DNA of 8,898 nucleotides from a virus (Duplodnaviria; Heunggongvirae; Uroviricota; Caudoviricetes): IMG/VR virus record IMGVR_UViG_2657245544_000004; one strand, 5' to 3'. Shown piece by piece: positions 6,643 to 8,898 of this stretch (position 1 is its first letter; each line of letters starts with the position of its first letter). The notes under the pieces were generated by a model. It saw only the letters and a program-made list of their open reading frames with translations, ran no database searches and was not told where the DNA came from. The position numbers and the translations under genes were made by a program.

Positions 6643-8553
6643 TCACTCCTCCGGACAGCTTCGCTGCCAGTTCTTCAAGGGTCGGTTGTGCAGTTGCATC
6701 CTTGCGGGATGCAACTGCACAGCCAGATCAAGTTGCCAGCGTTGCACGGACACACGTAATGCCGCATAGGCATACACCAGGCAGTCCAGCGCTTCGTTAC
6801 GCCGCTTTTTGTTATCCCACAACAGACGCATCTTTCCTTTTTCCCACTTTTCCACCAGTTCCTCCGCCACCAGTTGTTGTGCCTCTGTCTGCGAAAAAAT
6901 CTCCGGATTATCAGGAAAGCGGATGGCATACGATGTGGCCTCATTCACAGGGGTGGGATCGGCCTTCATTCGGGCATAGAGAATTTCTTTTGCGGTATCC
7001 GTCCCCACCTCACACAGATACACACCCCGCTGATTGCGGGTTTTCGGCATGGTGATCACCGGCTTGCCATAGACAGAGGCACCTTTTACCGGCAGTACCC
7101 GGAAAATACCGTGTTTTTTTGACCTCTGATACACGATTTCGCCATCGATCCCCCCGATATCCCAGCAGACACGGGAAATGGTCATTTCGGTACCGTCTGC
7201 ATGGCGGTATTTTTTATTGATCGCCGCATCCACACGTAACAGCGTCTCTTCCTCATCAGGACGTCCCATGATGATGATTTTATCCACCAGAAAGGCTTCC
7301 TCTCCCGGAGCCCACCCCCAGACATACATCTCAAAACGGTTTCGCTGCGAGTCAATGCCCGCCGTCAGATAAACCACCCGGACAGGCACCGTTGCCGTGT
7401 AAGGCACAACCTTATCCATCAGTACCTGGTGATCGAGTTTTTCGCCCACGGCCTCTTCCCAGGTCTCGCCCAGCGTGGTGTTCACAAAAGTTTTCACGCC
7501 GTTGGGATCTTTCAGTGCATCCAGCCAGTCACAGACTATCTGTACCCTGGTGGTGAACGGACTGTACGCCGTCCATATATGGAAAGTGATGGAGCGCGGC
7601 GGCGGAATTTCATTACCCGAAGCACTGAAAAACGTCAGACCGTCACACGTCCACATCCCGGTATTGTCACAAATCCAGCGCCCCCCGGTCTGATCAAGTT
7701 CAGACTGACGGATCACGCAGCCATTATGTTCACACAGGTAATACACCGTTTCCGGTTTACCCTTCTCCCATTTCAGGCCAAACGACGTCGCATCATCGCC
7801 AAACTTCAGATACTGCTCCTCCCCGCAATGAGGGCAAGGGACATAAAACCGCATGAAATGCGCAGATTCATTCGCAGCTTTTTCAATCTGACAGGAGCCT
7901 TTAATTTTTGGCGTTGAACCGCGTATGGATTTTGGCCATACCGAACCTTCAATACGTTTATCGCCAAGCAGTGTTGGCGAACCTTCTTTTTCCACATCCG
8001 GTTCAAACGAGGAGAGTTCGTCATAGCAGACCACATCGACAGATTTTTCACGGTAGTTTTTGGCAGCAGCACCACCCAAACACCAGAACCCCACACCAGA
8101 GGAAAAACGCTTCAGTGTGAGCGTATTATCCCGGTGTTTCCGGCCCAGCCAGGGAGAAAGTTTTTTCAGGCAAGGAACATCACGAATTGTTGCTTCCACG
8201 TGAGACTTCATAAAATCTTCAGCAGCTGAGTCCGTCGGCTGAAAAAGAAGAGTGTTGCGGGATTTGTGCTCAATAAAATACCCGATCACACCAAGCACCA
8301 TTTTTGTATAACCAACACGGGCAGATTTAATCAGGTTAACTGTACGAATCTCGTCATTGCCCATGCAGTTCATGATGGCGACCTGAAACTGCAGCGTTTT
8401 CCATTCCCCCTCACCGTATGACGATTCTTTAGGCAGGTAATAATTTTGATCGGCCCATTCTACAGCCGTCACCGGCAATACCCTGACCAGTGGCTGCAGT
8501 GCGATAGTGACTGCCACCATCATATTACTCAGTTGTTGTTCTGATATATTCAT
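6643..8553 (-). CDS. A: Terminase large subunit, gpA-like
   Basis: The track ORF begins at a TTG (8608-8610), but the ATG at 8551-8553 (MNIS...) aligns with the lambda gpA N-terminus (MNIS). That gives 636 aa against about 641 in lambda. Extensive conserved blocks: TAVEWAD.NYYLPKES, KSARVGY.KM (ATPase P-loop region), NTLTMKRF, FWCLGG.AAKNYREKSVDV, GSPT.LGDKRIEGSVWPKSIRGSTPK, HFMRF.V.CPHCGEEQYLKFGD, HIWTAYSPFTT, KTFVNTTLGETWE, LTAGIDSQ, KKHG.FRV.P.KGASVYGKPV, WD.KKRRNEALDC.VYA.AALR.S.RWQLDL. Confidence 0.95.
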   Translation of the reverse strand: MNISEQQLSNMMVAVTIALQPLVRVLPVTAVEWADQNYYLPKESSYGEGEWKTLQFQVAIMNCMGNDEIRTVNLIKSARVGYTKMVLGVIGYFIEHKSRNTLLFQPTDSAAEDFMKSHVEATIRDVPCLKKLSPWLGRKHRDNTLTLKRFSSGVGFWCLGGAAAKNYREKSVDVVCYDELSSFEPDVEKEGSPTLLGDKRIEGSVWPKSIRGSTPKIKGSCQIEKAANESAHFMRFYVPCPHCGEEQYLKFGDDATSFGLKWEKGKPETVYYLCEHNGCVIRQSELDQTGGRWICDNTGMWTCDGLTFFSASGNEIPPPRSITFHIWTAYSPFTTRVQIVCDWLDALKDPNGVKTFVNTTLGETWEEAVGEKLDHQVLMDKVVPYTATVPVRVVYLTAGIDSQRNRFEMYVWGWAPGEEAFLVDKIIIMGRPDEEETLLRVDAAINKKYRHADGTEMTISRVCWDIGGIDGEIVYQRSKKHGIFRVLPVKGASVYGKPVITMPKTRNQRGVYLCEVGTDTAKEILYARMKADPTPVNEATSYAIRFPDNPEIFSQTEAQQLVAEELVEKWEKGKMRLLWDNKKRRNEALDCLVYAYAALRVSVQRWQLDLAVQLHPARMQLHNRPLKNWQRSCPEE

Positions 8554-8848
8554 CGAGTAAATCCGGTAATTTATCCCCCGCACGCGCGCACTGATTCGCT
8601 CCCTTAGCAATAAGGATTTTCAGATGATCAATATGACGCGGCGTTAAATCCGGGAACTGTCGTTGCATGGACAAAGGAATGGAGTCAAGCGTACTGGATA
8701 AAGCCATCGCCAGCTTACTAAGGGCAAAAATACAAAATCCGGTATCGATAAGATTTCCTTTTGACACCTGATTTTTTAACTGCTGTGCGACAGCCTGTTC
8801 TGCGGTCAGTTCCCATCTGGCAATGAGTAGTTTGAGGTGTACTGGCAA
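8525..8848 (-). CDS. nu1: Terminase small subunit gpNu1-like, C-terminal (gpA-interacting) portion only; N-terminal region not resolved in this frame
   Basis: 107-aa ORF that aligns to the C-terminal roughly 90 residues of lambda Nu1 by recall (AQ.LKN, FC.F.LS..A....S.LD..PLS.QR.FP.L..RH.D.LK, LP.LL.EYI). It overlaps the A start by 29 nt, as in lambda. The track's first codon is a TTG, and an in-frame TAG (plus 8858-8860) lies 3 codons upstream of it. Confidence 0.8.
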   Translation of the reverse strand: MPVHLKLLIARWELTAEQAVAQQLKNQVSKGNLIDTGFCIFALSKLAMALSSTLDSIPLSMQRQFPDLTPRHIDHLKILIAKGANQCARAGDKLPDLLDEYIRTTTE

Positions 8849-8898
8849 TAGCGGACACTACCATTTGTTCTTTTTTTAAGCAGCCATCTGATGATATT

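Noticed and set aside
6675-8120. Plus-strand and alternate-frame ORFs within A (6675..6944 minus, 6702..7055, 6874..7122, 7178..7372, 7429..7917, 7475..7693 and 7908..8120 plus, 7806..8096 minus)
   Set aside because: All nested in the terminase large subunit gene, whose frame is supported by near-continuous homology; shadow ORFs.
8554-8610. TTG-initiated N-terminal extension of the terminase large subunit (MLRERISARVRGINYRIYS preceding MNIS)
   Set aside because: Homology to the lambda gpA N-terminus begins at the internal ATG (8551-8553). The extension lies within the nu1 coding region in another frame and begins with a non-ATG codon, so it is most likely an ORF-caller artefact.
1-8898. CRISPR arrays, tRNA or rRNA genes, insertion sequences, integrase or att sites, defence or toxin-antitoxin cassettes
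   Set aside because: I looked for direct-repeat/spacer periodicity, terminal inverted repeats and non-structural ORFs and found none. The window is fully accounted for by the phage morphogenesis genes.

Overview
This window is the head and proximal tail morphogenesis module of a lambda-like (lambdoid) phage or prophage, encoded entirely on the minus strand in the same gene order as phage lambda: nu1 (C-terminal part) - A - W - B - C/Nu3 - D - E - FI - FII - Z - U - first codons of V. All calls rest on my own recall-based alignment of the supplied ORF translations to lambda proteins (roughly 55-70% identity by eye, not computed). Genes are tightly packed with overlapping or abutting stop/start codons, and every long plus-strand ORF is antisense to a well-supported gene. 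I found no novel defence, toxin or cargo system here. What deserves a second look: (1) the portal gene B is split by a one-base frameshift in a homopolymer; (2) a 77-N assembly gap sits inside C/Nu3 next to a tandem ~150-bp (~50-aa) triplicated motif; (3) the nu1 frame hits an in-frame stop where the N-terminal domain should continue; (4) a terminator-like hairpin lies between E and FI. The host is probably an Enterobacterales genome, but that is inference.
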